DNA of 64,000 nucleotides from Acidocella sp. (GTDB lineage Bacteria; Pseudomonadota; Alphaproteobacteria; Acetobacterales; Acetobacteraceae): positions 4,251 to 68,250 of the forward strand of contig NZ_DASXFO010000067.1 in assembly GCF_036489515.1 (NCBI RefSeq). Reading direction: 5' to 3'. The notes beneath the pieces were generated by a model. That model saw nothing but the letters and a program-made list of their open reading frames with translations, was not told the origin of the DNA and searched no databases. Positions 38,346 through 50,343 of this stretch are shown in pieces. The translations under genes and the position numbers were made by a program. Each line of letters begins with the position of its first letter. The stretch's first letter is position 1.

Positions 38346-39448
38346 AGCCTCGTCCGCGCGGCCAGAAATCCGATGCTGGCGGGAAACTTCTCAATTCCAT
38401 AAAACCAGGCGCCGCCCAGAAACGGGATGGACCGCGCGCGATCCAGCCATCCGGCGCGGCGGATTTGCCCGGCGACTTGGCCCGCCAAGCGGCGGTGATA
38501 GGTTTCCGCCCCCTCTCCGGCGATTATGCAGCGCGCCGCCAGGGCGGCGCTGTGCAAGGCGATCGCCATGCCGTCCCCGGTGAAGGACGGGATTACCGCC
38601 GCCTGATCGCCCAGCCGATAACAATTCGCCGCGTCGTCCCGGGCGTGGCGGTGCACGAAACCGTAGGGCATGCGCGCGATACTGAGCGGGGCGCGCAGCT
38701 GCTCAGCACCGCGCAGCCGTGCGGCGAGACGCGGGCAGCTCTCCTGCACAGTGGCGAGAACCTCGGGCCAGCTGCCCAGGCGCCGCAGCACGGCCGCCTC
38801 GATGACCAGACAGAGATTCGCGCGTCCGCCCTCGACCGGCTGCAGCCCGGCATACCCGCCGGCGAAGAGAATAAGCTCCACGTGACCCGACAGCTTATCG
38901 CGCTCGGCGGCCTGCAACCGGAAATAAGTTTTAAAGCCGACCAGCGTGCCCGGTGACGCCGGCCGGGCCAGCCCCCGCGTCTCATGCTTGCCGGTCGCCA
39001 GCAGCAGCGTTTTGGGCCCGAAATTTTCCGCCGCGGTTTCCACAATGCCATCGCTGATGCGGCGGACGGCCACACCGCGCCGCACTTGCGCCCCGGCTTG
39101 CGCCGCCAGCGCCAGCACCGCCTCATCCAGCACCTGCCGGGAGATGCCGAGCCCGCGAAACGGCAAAGGCGCACGCACTTCCCGCCGCCCGCGCACCAGG
39201 CGGACGTGATCGATCACCTCGCCGCCCAACCCCGCCACATTCAGGCCAAGCCGCTCCAGCGTCGCCACCGCCTCGTAGCTCAGAAACTCGCCACACACTT
39301 TGTCTTTCGCCACCGCCTCACGCTCCAGCAGCAGCACGTCACGCCCGGCCTGGGCCAGGAGCACAGCGGCGGCCGCCCCCGCCAGCCCGCCGCCGGCGAC
39401 GAGGATATCTGGTCGCGCCGCGACCGGGATTTCCGGTCGCGCCGTCAT
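38318..39448 (-). CDS. FAD-dependent oxidoreductase (geranylgeranyl-reductase/hydroxylase-like), third gene of the PKS operon
   Basis: GxGxxG motif ILVAGGGLAGAAAA. The start overlaps the methyltransferase stop (ATGA). The C-terminal ...KEAAAF-TAA lies in repeat copy 15. Confidence 0.75.
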   Translation of the reverse strand: MTARPEIPVAARPDILVAGGGLAGAAAAVLLAQAGRDVLLLEREAVAKDKVCGEFLSYEAVATLERLGLNVAGLGGEVIDHVRLVRGRREVRAPLPFRGLGISRQVLDEAVLALAAQAGAQVRRGVAVRRISDGIVETAAENFGPKTLLLATGKHETRGLARPASPGTLVGFKTYFRLQAAERDKLSGHVELILFAGGYAGLQPVEGGRANLCLVIEAAVLRRLGSWPEVLATVQESCPRLAARLRGAEQLRAPLSIARMPYGFVHRHARDDAANCYRLGDQAAVIPSFTGDGMAIALHSAALAARCIIAGEGAETYHRRLAGQVAGQIRRAGWLDRARSIPFLGGAWFYGIEKFPASIGFLAARTRLEEKEAAAF

Positions 39449-40143
39449 TTCAGCCGGCTGACAGTGTAGCGGAACAGCAAATGCCAGTTGATCTCGGCTT
39501 GAATGTTTATGTCCGCCAGAAGCCTCTCCCAATCTTCGCGGATGAAGGAACGGGCTATGGAAATCTGCCCGTCGCACCGCACGATGCGGTTCCAGCGCAT
39601 CAGCCGGGCCAGGAGCGGATATAAGTAATAAGCTGCCTTGTGGCGGTGCAGATCGGCGACATGCCAGCCGCATTGCGCCTGTGCCTCCATCCAGGCGAGC
39701 AGGCGCAGAATCTCCGCGCTGGTCAGGTGATGGGTCAATTGCGAGGTGACGATGAAATCCGGCCGCTGCGGCAACACCGCGGCAAACACATCGCCGGTGC
39801 GATAATCGATTTTTTGCGTCGGATCCGCCGCCCGCGCGGCGGCCGCGGCGCGCGGGTTCATGTCGATGCCGGACAATGCCGCCACAAAGCCGCGCCGTGC
39901 CGCCCAGGCGGCGATCGCCCGCAGCAAATCGCCCTGGCCATAGCCGATATCCAGCACCGCGATTGAGCTCCCCGGCGGCCAGGATTTTGTGGCGCGGCCG
40001 AGCCAGCGCAAGGTCGGCCCGTGCGTCAAAGTCACCCGGTTCACCACGGCCAGATCGGCCAGGCAGCGCCGATACACCGCCTCGTCCAGACCCGGCTCAT
40101 CCATCGCCTCGGCCAGCATGGCGCGGGACGAAAACTCCATCAT
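39445..40143 (-). CDS. Class I SAM-dependent methyltransferase
   Basis: SAM motif I VLDIGYGQGD. The ATG at 40143 overlaps the PKS stop. Confidence 0.75.
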   Translation of the reverse strand: MMEFSSRAMLAEAMDEPGLDEAVYRRCLADLAVVNRVTLTHGPTLRWLGRATKSWPPGSSIAVLDIGYGQGDLLRAIAAWAARRGFVAALSGIDMNPRAAAAARAADPTQKIDYRTGDVFAAVLPQRPDFIVTSQLTHHLTSAEILRLLAWMEAQAQCGWHVADLHRHKAAYYLYPLLARLMRWNRIVRCDGQISIARSFIREDWERLLADINIQAEINWHLLFRYTVSRLK

Positions 40144-41192
40144 GACATCGAGAAGCGGAATGTCTCGGCGACCATGCCCGGGCCAAAAGCCATGGCCAGG
40201 CCAAGCTGCCCAGGTGCTGCGCTCCGCAGCATGCCGGCCAGCACGAACATCACGGTGGCGGAGGACATATTCCCCTGCGCCGCGAGCACCACGCGCGACG
40301 GTGCCAGCGCCGCCTCCGGCAAGCCCAAGCCCGCCTGCACCGCATCCAGCACCGTGCGCCCGCCGCCATGCACGGCCCACAGATCAATCTTCTGGTCCTC
40401 CCCCCGCAACAGCGTCCGCGGCGAGTCGCGTAAGGTGCGCAAGATCGCCACCGGCACCTGGCCGGAGAGGTGCATGACAAACCCCTGATCGCCAATCTGC
40501 CAGGTAATATATTCCTCGGTTCCGGGGATCAACACGTTCACGAAATCGCCCAGGCAGAGCCCCTCCGGTTCCGCCGTCACCAGCGCCGCCGCAGCACCAT
40601 CGCCGAACAGCAGGGACGAGAGCGCCTCCTCCAGGCCCGTGGTTTCCTGCAAATGCAGCGTGCACAGCTCGACATTCACGACCAGCACCCGCGCCGCCGG
40701 ATCGGCCAGCACGATCGCCTGCGCCGCGCGCAAGGCTGGAACCGCGGCGGAACAGCCCATGAAGCCGATCAGCAGCCGCTGCAGATCAGGCCGCAGCCCG
40801 AGCTGTCGCGCTAAAATCTGGTCCAGCCCGGGGGCGACGAAGCCGGTGCAGGATGCGAGGATGAGATGCGTCACATCCCGCACCGGCCGGCCCAGCGCCT
40901 CGACAGCCTGCATGGCCAGAACCGGCGCGTGCGTGGCGTAGGCACGCATGCGCGCCGCCGTCCCCGGATAGGCGCCACGGCGGTAGAATCCCTCCCGCGC
41001 CTCATCCGCCTCGACCATGCCGTCCTGTTGCAGCACCGAATAGCGGTGCGCGATGCCGGCACGATCGGCCATCCGCTCGAACACGATACGGTGCCGCCCG
41101 TCCAGCGCCTTGGCGATGAAATCGCGGTACGCCGCGTGGATGTCATGCGGCGGTATGGCCGTGCCGATGCGATTGATGAAAGCACGGTTCAT
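40140..41192 (-). CDS. Type III polyketide synthase (chalcone/stilbene synthase family)
   Basis: Cys-His-Asn triad contexts: LILASCTGFVAPG, WAVHGGGRTVLD, GNMSSATVMFVL. ATG at 41192 with GAGG upstream. Confidence 0.85.
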   Translation of the reverse strand: MNRAFINRIGTAIPPHDIHAAYRDFIAKALDGRHRIVFERMADRAGIAHRYSVLQQDGMVEADEAREGFYRRGAYPGTAARMRAYATHAPVLAMQAVEALGRPVRDVTHLILASCTGFVAPGLDQILARQLGLRPDLQRLLIGFMGCSAAVPALRAAQAIVLADPAARVLVVNVELCTLHLQETTGLEEALSSLLFGDGAAAALVTAEPEGLCLGDFVNVLIPGTEEYITWQIGDQGFVMHLSGQVPVAILRTLRDSPRTLLRGEDQKIDLWAVHGGGRTVLDAVQAGLGLPEAALAPSRVVLAAQGNMSSATVMFVLAGMLRSAAPGQLGLAMAFGPGMVAETFRFSMS

Positions 41193-41225
41193 GTCCTCTA
41201 TCTGTGCCACCGCCGGAACGGATCA

Positions 41226-41296
41226 AGGGAAGGAGAACTTCTTTTTGTAACCACAAAGAAACCTTTGTAACCCAAAAGCGGCCACTTTCCTCTCCT
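41226..41296 (-). repeat. Mosaic repeat, degenerate deletion derivative (inverted) immediately upstream of the PKS gene
   Basis: GGAAGGAGAACTTCTTTTTGTAACCACAAAGAA...AAAAGCGGCCACTTTCCTCTCC, that is a C remnant fused to an A remnant and the left terminus. Confidence 0.55.
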
Positions 41297-41527
41297 TCGA
41301 AGCCGGCCTGGCGCATGCCCTCACGGCAATTTTCCGCCCGGCCTTCCTTGCCCTGGGCCGCTACAGAACCGGCCCAATTCTTGACACAATGGAGGCCTAA
41401 TCGCCGCAGTGTCGTTTACGTATCGTTACAGCTAACCCCGCCACCTGCGGAACGGAGCCTCGTCTTTCATGTCGCCCTGCCTCACCCGGAACGAACGCTA
41501 CGCTGAACAGCGCCACGGAGCGCGGGC

Positions 41528-41737
41528 ATGAGCTTTTTCGATGCGGGCAAAAAACGCTTCAATTGGGCCCCGTCCCTACCGCTGCAGACCTCCGTCCGCG
41601 CCGAGCCAGGCTGCGTGCAATGCGGCAGCCGGCTCGAATCGGCGGCCGTCGGAAAGCTCAATTTTTTAGGGACATGCTTCAACTGCTCGGTCTGGGTGTC
41701 CGAGGATGACGAGGACTTCGAAGAGCTCGAGGACTGA
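41528..41737 (+). CDS. Small zinc-ribbon protein with acidic tail (69 aa), function unknown
   Basis: CVQC...CFNC pairs and a C-terminal SEDDEDFEELED. GGAGCG lies 8 nt upstream of the ATG. Confidence 0.45.
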   Translation: MSFFDAGKKRFNWAPSLPLQTSVRAEPGCVQCGSRLESAAVGKLNFLGTCFNCSVWVSEDDEDFEELED

Positions 41738-41740
41738 AGC

Positions 41741-41886
41741 GGAAGTAAGCGGCCGCTTTTTAAAAAAAGCGGCGCAAAAATTTTTTTACGCTGGGGCATG
41801 GGCGTTGTCGCTGACGCAACCCATGACCCGGCATAGCAAAGTTTTTTTGCTACTTTTTGTTCACAAAAAGTAGTCCCTTACTTCCT
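41741..41886 (+). repeat. Mosaic repeat, copy 16 (full length, with an exact 9-nt terminal inverted repeat)
   Basis: Left end GGAAGTAAG and right end CTTACTTCC. The right end overlaps the speE stop. Confidence 0.9.
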
Positions 41887-42745
41887 AGGGCAGATGCTTC
41901 GCGATGTAAGGCGGCAGCCAGAATGACGCGACGTGAATTTCCGGCGACCAGTACTGGCTCTTGCCGGTGATCCCCGCCGCCTCGGCGCGTCTTGCGATCT
42001 CCTCGACCGGCAGCCGGGTAGACGCGGCGTCCTTGCCCGACCAGCCCAGCGTCATATAGCCGCCGACATAGGTCGGCACCGCCGCGACATAGGCGCTGAC
42101 ATGGGAGAAGAATTGCGCGCGGCGCCGCGACGTCTCGGCCAACTCGTCAGCCTGCATGAACGGCACGCCACATTGGTTCACGACGATGCCGCGCGGTGTC
42201 AGAATCCGCGCCGCGTTCTGGTAGAACGCATCGGTGAACAGCACCTCGCCGACGCCGATCGGGTCGGTTGAGTCGACGATGATCACATCGAACGCGCCGT
42301 CAGGCGCTTGGGCCACATAGTCGATGCCGTCGCCGACGATCACGTCCGCACGCGGATCGTTCCAGGCATCGCCGCCGATGCCGGACAGGAACCGCTTGGC
42401 AAGATCAATGACCTCGCCGTCGATCTCCACCATCACCGCGCGCTCGACGCCTTTATGCATCAACACATGCTTGAGCACGCCGCCATCGCCGGCGCCGATG
42501 ATCAACACATTCTTGGCCGCGCCATGCGCCAGCAGCGGCACATGCGTCAGCATTTCCTGATACACGAACTCATCGCGCTCGGTGATCTGCACGACGCCGT
42601 CCAGCGTCATCACGCGGCCATGGCTGTCGGTTTCGAAAATGGCAATATCCTGGAACGGGCTTTGCACCCGCGCCAGTTGCCGCGTGAAACGAAAGCGCTG
42701 TCCCCAATCCGGGTACAGCGTCTCATTCAGCCAGGTATCTGTCAT
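41885..42745 (-). CDS. speE: Spermidine synthase
   Basis: N-terminus MTDTWLNETLYPDWGQRF and the IIGAGDGGVLKHV motif. Confidence 0.9.
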   Translation of the reverse strand: MTDTWLNETLYPDWGQRFRFTRQLARVQSPFQDIAIFETDSHGRVMTLDGVVQITERDEFVYQEMLTHVPLLAHGAAKNVLIIGAGDGGVLKHVLMHKGVERAVMVEIDGEVIDLAKRFLSGIGGDAWNDPRADVIVGDGIDYVAQAPDGAFDVIIVDSTDPIGVGEVLFTDAFYQNAARILTPRGIVVNQCGVPFMQADELAETSRRRAQFFSHVSAYVAAVPTYVGGYMTLGWSGKDAASTRLPVEEIARRAEAAGITGKSQYWSPEIHVASFWLPPYIAKHLP

Positions 42746-42799
42746 GCTATCCCCGCTCGCAAAGCCTGCGGCCGGTGCAAAAACCGGCCGCATGATGTG

Positions 42800-43252
42800 T
42801 CAGGCGATCAGGCCGCGCTTCTGTTCGCTGACCTGGATATGGGTGGGCCCAAAAGCTTCCTTCAGGAAGGGGAGCACCTTGTACGGGTCGCAGACGCCGC
42901 ACATGAACACGTCGAGCGCCGCGAAATTGCGCTCCGGCCACGTGTGAATGGAAATGTGGCTTTCCGCCAGCACGACCACGCCGCTGACGCCGCCATTCGG
43001 GGAGAAATGATGGAAATGGCTGTGCAGAATCGTCGCCCCAGCCTCCACCGCGCCGGCGCAGAGCGTCTCGTCGATCAGCTGCGGGTCGGCGAGATTCGTC
43101 GCGCCCCACAGATCGATGAGCAGATGCATGCCGGCAAACTTCACGCCGTCGCGTTCCACGAAATAGTCTTTAGCCGGCTCCACGGAGACCGTTGTCGTCT
43201 GGTTTTCGCTCGGAGTCTCCGAGACCATCCCCAGTCGGGCAAGTGCGTTCAT
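42800..43252 (-). CDS. speH: S-adenosylmethionine decarboxylase proenzyme (small, pyruvoyl type)
   Basis: Self-processing motif [13 protein letters not shown]. Confidence 0.85.
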   Translation of the reverse strand: MNALARLGMVSETPSENQTTTVSVEPAKDYFVERDGVKFAGMHLLIDLWGATNLADPQLIDETLCAGAVEAGATILHSHFHHFSPNGGVSGVVVLAESHISIHTWPERNFAALDVFMCGVCDPYKVLPFLKEAFGPTHIQVSEQKRGLIA

Positions 43253-43431
43253 TTTCGAACCCCCTCAACTAGTAGACAGCCATCAGGGGCACGACACCAC
43301 GTCGTGCCCCCCTGGGCCAAGAGCGCCGGCTTATGCGGCCATACCCCCCTCATGGCAAGTGTTTTTTTGCCCCTGGAATGTGAAATTTACGTCGCCGTTT
43401 TCTCCAGGTGTTTCCTGCCTTTTTTGCGCCA

Positions 43432-46301
<2,870 letters not shown>

Positions 46302-46302
<1 letters not shown>

Positions 46303-46679
46303 CAAAGACTCTCCAAAAATTCGCGATAGGCGTCCTGGTCCAGCAGCGTGTTCAGCGCGGCGGGATCGGCCAGGCGCAGGCGGAAAAACCAGCCCTCCGC
46401 TTCCGGCGCGCTGTTCACCAGCGCCGGCTCGTCGATGATCGCGGGATTATGCTCAGCGACGGTGCCGGTGAGCGGCGCGTACAGGTCGGAGGCGGCTTTC
46501 ACGCTCTCCACCACCGCGCAGGCCTCGCCCTTGGCGACGGACCGCCCCGGCTCCGGCAGTTCCACGAACACGATGTCACCCAGCGCGTTCTGCGCATGGT
46601 CGGTGATGCCGACGGTGACGAGGCCGTCGGCCTCGAGGCGCACCCATTCATGGTCCTTGGTAAAATATGTCTGCGACAT
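46302..46679 (-). CDS. gcvH: Glycine cleavage system H protein
   Basis: Lipoyl-Lys context ESVKAASD. I chose the start [13 protein letters not shown]. Confidence 0.9.
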
Positions 46680-46690
46680 AACGAGTCCTT

Positions 46691-47743
46691 TCAACGGGCG
46701 TAGCGGTGAGGAATGAAGGGCAGCGGCGCGACCGTGCCGGCGAGCGGCTTGTCGCGCACGATGAGGGTGAGCGCGGTGCCGGCGGCGGCGAAATCGGCCT
46801 GCACGTAACCGAGGGCGATCGGCGCGTTCAGGCTGGGCGCGAAACCGCCGGAGGTGACCTGGCCGATCGGCCTGCCGTCGGCGCTGTGGATTGCCGCGCC
46901 GGCGCGGGCCGGGGCGCGGCCGTCGAGCCTGATCCCGACGAGCTTTTGCTTAGCCCCTTGCTCCTGCATCGCGCGCACCTGGGCGGCACCGAGAAAATCC
47001 CAATCGGTCTTGCGACGCTTGCCGATCGCCCAGGCGAGATTGGCTTCGATCGGGTTGGTCTCGGCGCCGATCTCGTTGCCGTACAGGCACAGCCCGGCCT
47101 CCAGCCGCAGCGAATCGCGCGCCCCCAGCCCCGCCGGCACCGCCCCGCGACGGAGCAAAAGCTCCGCCAGCGCCTCGGCCTGCGCCGCGGCACAGCCGAT
47201 CTCGAACCCATCTTCCCCGGTATAGCCGGAGCGGCTGACGATGCAGGGAATGCCCTCGATGGTGACGCCGGCCGCGTCCATGAATTTCAGCGCCGCCGCT
47301 TCGGGCAGAAGCGAGGCAGCCTGCGGCCCCTGCAGCGCCAGCAGTGCGCGGTCGAATTGCGGCGTCACGCTCACGCCATGGGCGCGCAAATGCGCGACGT
47401 CATCGTGTTTGCGGCTGGCATTGAGCACCAGCTGGAAACGATCGCCGAGATTGGCGACCATCAGATCGTCGACGATGCCGCCGGTCTCGTTCATCAGCAG
47501 CGTGTAGCGCTGCCGCCCCGGCGCCAAGCCGCGCACATCGCCGGTCACGACCGCCTCGAGCGCCACCGCGTCGGCAACGTCCGCCTGGCCCATATGCGAG
47601 ACGTCGAACAACACCGCGCCCTCGCGGCAGGCGGTATGCTCGGCGATGATGCCACTATATTGCAGCGGCATCTCATAGCCGGCGAACGCGACCATCCGCG
47701 CGCCGAGCCGCCTATGCAGGCTATCCAAAGGTGATTTCAGCAC
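46691..47743 (-). CDS. gcvT: Glycine cleavage system aminomethyltransferase T
   Basis: N-terminus LKSPLDSLHRRLGARMVAFAGYEMPLQY. GTG start with GGGGGA SD. Confidence 0.9.
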   Translation of the reverse strand: MLKSPLDSLHRRLGARMVAFAGYEMPLQYSGIIAEHTACREGAVLFDVSHMGQADVADAVALEAVVTGDVRGLAPGRQRYTLLMNETGGIVDDLMVANLGDRFQLVLNASRKHDDVAHLRAHGVSVTPQFDRALLALQGPQAASLLPEAAALKFMDAAGVTIEGIPCIVSRSGYTGEDGFEIGCAAAQAEALAELLLRRGAVPAGLGARDSLRLEAGLCLYGNEIGAETNPIEANLAWAIGKRRKTDWDFLGAAQVRAMQEQGAKQKLVGIRLDGRAPARAGAAIHSADGRPIGQVTSGGFAPSLNAPIALGYVQADFAAAGTALTLIVRDKPLAGTVAPLPFIPHRYAR

Positions 47744-47789
47744 ATTTCCCCCAAAACAGATCAGCGCCCGGCCAAGTGCCGTGCCAACT

Positions 47790-47980
47790 GACCCCCCTCT
47801 GTTTTGGGACCTGAGAGATTCGGGCGCGGTGACGCCCTTGACCCCGTCGGTGCGGCGGAGATTCGCCGGCTTTCCAGAGTGTCCCGCTTACGAACGCAGC
47901 CCTTTTGCCTGAGCGTTTCCGGGGGCCGGTTGCGCCTTCGGCGGCGGGTAAAGTCCCCCGCTCTCTCCTGCGTCCGAATA
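47790..47980 (-). promoter_or_regulatory. Tandem glycine riboswitch (two aptamers) in the gcvT leader
   Basis: Minus-strand aptamer 1: ACGCAGGAGAGAG...CGCCGAAGGCGCAA...CTCAGGCAAAAGGGCTGCGT. Aptamer 2: CTCTGGAAAG...GCACCGACGGGGTCAA...CTCTCAGGTCCCAAAACAGAGG. Confidence 0.9.
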
Positions 47981-48046
47981 AGGACACCGCATAGTGACGC
48001 AGGGGCCGAGTTTTGCAAAGCTAATTTTCAGGTCGTGGAGGCATCA

Positions 48047-48160
48047 GGCAAAGAGAAGACTACTTTTTGTGAACAAAAAGTAGCAAAAAAACTTTGTTAT
48101 GCTGGGCTATCGGCTTTGTCTGGGACGAGGCCCATGGCCTAGGCTTCTTTCCTATCTCCA
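48047..48160 (-). repeat. Mosaic repeat, copy 17 (inverted; C intact, B degenerate, A absent)
   Basis: AGAAGACTACTTTTTGTGAACAAAAAGTAGCAAAAAAACTTTGTTATGCTGGGCTATCGGC...CCCATGGCCTAGGCTTCTTTCC. Confidence 0.75.
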
Positions 48161-48224
48161 AGAAGCTAGCCTATGTTGACGCGCCGCCCCTGCTGCCGGG
48201 CGCGACAAAACCCAAGTGAGGTCC

Positions 48225-49157
48225 ATGGCTGACGATCCATACAAGACGCTCGGCGTCGACAAGAGCGCCAGCGCCGAAGATATCCGCGCCGCCTATCGCA
48301 GGCTGGCAAAGAAACACCATCCGGACCTCAACCCCGGCAACAAGGCGGCGGAAGAGGCGTTCAAGAAGGTTACCGCAGCCAACGAGCTGCTCTCCGACTC
48401 GGAAAAGCGCGCCCGCTACGACCGCGGCGAGATCGACGCCTCCGGCGCCGAACGCGAGCGGCCACGCACCTATCGCAACTATGCCGAAAACAGCCGCGGC
48501 GAGCGTTACGCCCATGCCGGCCCCGGCCCTGGATTCGGCGGCGGTGGCTTCGCCGATGAGGGGTTCGAGGACCTGTTCGCGAATATTTTCCAGCAGCGCG
48601 GTGGCCCCGGCGGCCCGGCGCGCGGCCAGGATGTGCGCTACGTGCTGCAGGCCTCGTTCCTGGACGCGGTGAACGGCACCACCAACCGCCTCACGCTGCC
48701 GGACGGCCAGACGCTGGACGTGAAAATCCCTCACGGCACCGCCCAAGACGACGTGCTTCGCCTGCGCGGCCGTGGCCAGCCCGGACGCCAAGGCGGCCCA
48801 GCCGGCGACGCGCTGATCGAGATCCATATCACCCCGCACCGTTTCTACCGCCGCGAGGGCCAGGATATCTTTCTGGACCTGCCGGTGAGCCTGAGCGAGG
48901 CGGTGCTGGGCGCCAAGGTGAACGTGCCGACCCCGCGCGGGCCCGTGGCCATGACGCTGAAACCCCATGCCGATATCGGCACCGAATTGCGGCTGCGCGG
49001 CCGCGGCGTGCCGGCACACGGCAAGCTGCCGGCCGGCGACCTCTACGTGAAGCTGCGCGTGGTCATCGGCCCGGCGGACGAAAAACTGGAAACCTTTCTC
49101 CGCACCTGGACGCAGCCCGGCTTCGACCCCCGCGCCGGGATGGGAGACGCAGAATGA
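48225..49157 (+). CDS. cbpA: Curved-DNA-binding DnaJ-class co-chaperone
   Basis: J domain DPYKTLGV...HHPDLNP with no zinc-finger region, followed by cbpM. A GTG at 48216 is an alternative start. Confidence 0.85.
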   Translation: MADDPYKTLGVDKSASAEDIRAAYRRLAKKHHPDLNPGNKAAEEAFKKVTAANELLSDSEKRARYDRGEIDASGAERERPRTYRNYAENSRGERYAHAGPGPGFGGGGFADEGFEDLFANIFQQRGGPGGPARGQDVRYVLQASFLDAVNGTTNRLTLPDGQTLDVKIPHGTAQDDVLRLRGRGQPGRQGGPAGDALIEIHITPHRFYRREGQDIFLDLPVSLSEAVLGAKVNVPTPRGPVAMTLKPHADIGTELRLRGRGVPAHGKLPAGDLYVKLRVVIGPADEKLETFLRTWTQPGFDPRAGMGDAE

Positions 49158-49471
49158 TGGTCACGCTCGAGCGGCTGCGCCTGGAGATCAGCGGCCTCGA
49201 CGAGGCCGAGCTGGAACGCTGGATCGACGCTGCCCTGGTCCGCGCCGAGGGGGCGGAAGGCGCGCGGCTGTTCGAGGAGATCGACGTCGCGCGCATCCGG
49301 TTGATTTTCGAGCTGCGCCACGAATTGGACATCGAGGAACAGGCGCTGCCGGTGGTGCTGTCACTGATGGACCAGCTCTACGACCTGCGCCGGCACGGCG
49401 CGAAACTCAACGCAGCGCTGGCGGACCTGCCCGTGGAGGTCCGCCAGGCCATTTTGCGCCGGCTTGGTTAA
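49154..49471 (+). CDS. cbpM: Chaperone-modulator protein CbpM (MerR-like fold)
   Basis: 105 aa. ATGA overlap with cbpA. Confidence 0.75.
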   Translation: MMVTLERLRLEISGLDEAELERWIDAALVRAEGAEGARLFEEIDVARIRLIFELRHELDIEEQALPVVLSLMDQLYDLRRHGAKLNAALADLPVEVRQAILRRLG

Positions 49472-49622
49472 GGAGAAGAAAGCACTACTTTTTGTGAACA
49501 AAAAGTAGCAAAAAAACTTTGCTCTGCTGGGCCATGGGCGTTGTCGCCGACACAGCCCCAGGCCCAGAGTCGCAAAAGTTTTTGCGCCGCTTTTTTTAAA
49601 AAGCGGCTACTTTCCTTTACCT
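49472..49622 (-). repeat. Mosaic repeat, copy 18 (full length, inverted)
   Basis: C-B-A order on the plus strand. It lies between convergent cbpM and pdxJ, and the pdxJ TAA lies in the left terminus. Confidence 0.9.
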
Positions 49623-50339
49623 AACTCGCGCCTGCAACATCAGCCGGCGCATCTCCCGGATCGCGGCCGGCAGGCCGGTGAGCAGTGCTTCGCCGATCAG
49701 GTAATGGCCGATGTTCAGTTCGCGCACCTGCTTCAAGGCCGCGACCGGGCCGACATTGGCGAAGGTCAGTCCGTGCCCGGCATGGCATTCCAGCCCGAGC
49801 TCTGCGGTGAGCCGCGCCGCCGCCGCCAGATGTTCCAGCTCGCCCGGTTTGTCATGGGCATAGGCGCCGGTATGCAGCTCCACCACCGCGGCCCCAACCT
49901 CGGCGCTCGCACGCACCTGCGCCGGTTCCGGGTCGATGAACAGCGAGACGCGGATCCCCGCCGCGTTCAGCCGGGCGATGATAAGCGTGAGTGTGGCGCG
50001 ATGGCGCACCACGTCGAGCCCGCCTTCGGTGGTGATCTCCTCACGCTTCTCCGGCACGATGCACACGGCATGCGGCTTCAGGCGACAGGCGATCTCCGTC
50101 ATCTCGTCGGTCGCGGCCATTTCCAGGTTCACCGGCGCACCGTTCCAGGCGCGGATGCGCTCGGCATCCTCGTCGCGGATATGCCGGCGATCCTCGCGCA
50201 AATGGATGGTGATGCCGTCCGCCCCCGCCGCCACGGCCGCTTTGGCCACGGTCAGCGGGTCAGGATGCACGCCCCCGCGCGCGTTGCGCAGGGTCGCGAC
50301 GTGGTCGATGTTGACGCCTAATCTGATCGTTTCAGTCAT
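49617..50339 (-). CDS. pdxJ: Pyridoxine 5'-phosphate synthase
   Basis: N-terminus LGVNIDHVATLRNARG and the HLREDRRHI motif. Confidence 0.9.
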   Translation of the reverse strand: MTETIRLGVNIDHVATLRNARGGVHPDPLTVAKAAVAAGADGITIHLREDRRHIRDEDAERIRAWNGAPVNLEMAATDEMTEIACRLKPHAVCIVPEKREEITTEGGLDVVRHRATLTLIIARLNAAGIRVSLFIDPEPAQVRASAEVGAAVVELHTGAYAHDKPGELEHLAAAARLTAELGLECHAGHGLTFANVGPVAALKQVRELNIGHYLIGEALLTGLPAAIREMRRLMLQARVR

Positions 50340-50343
50340 GGCG

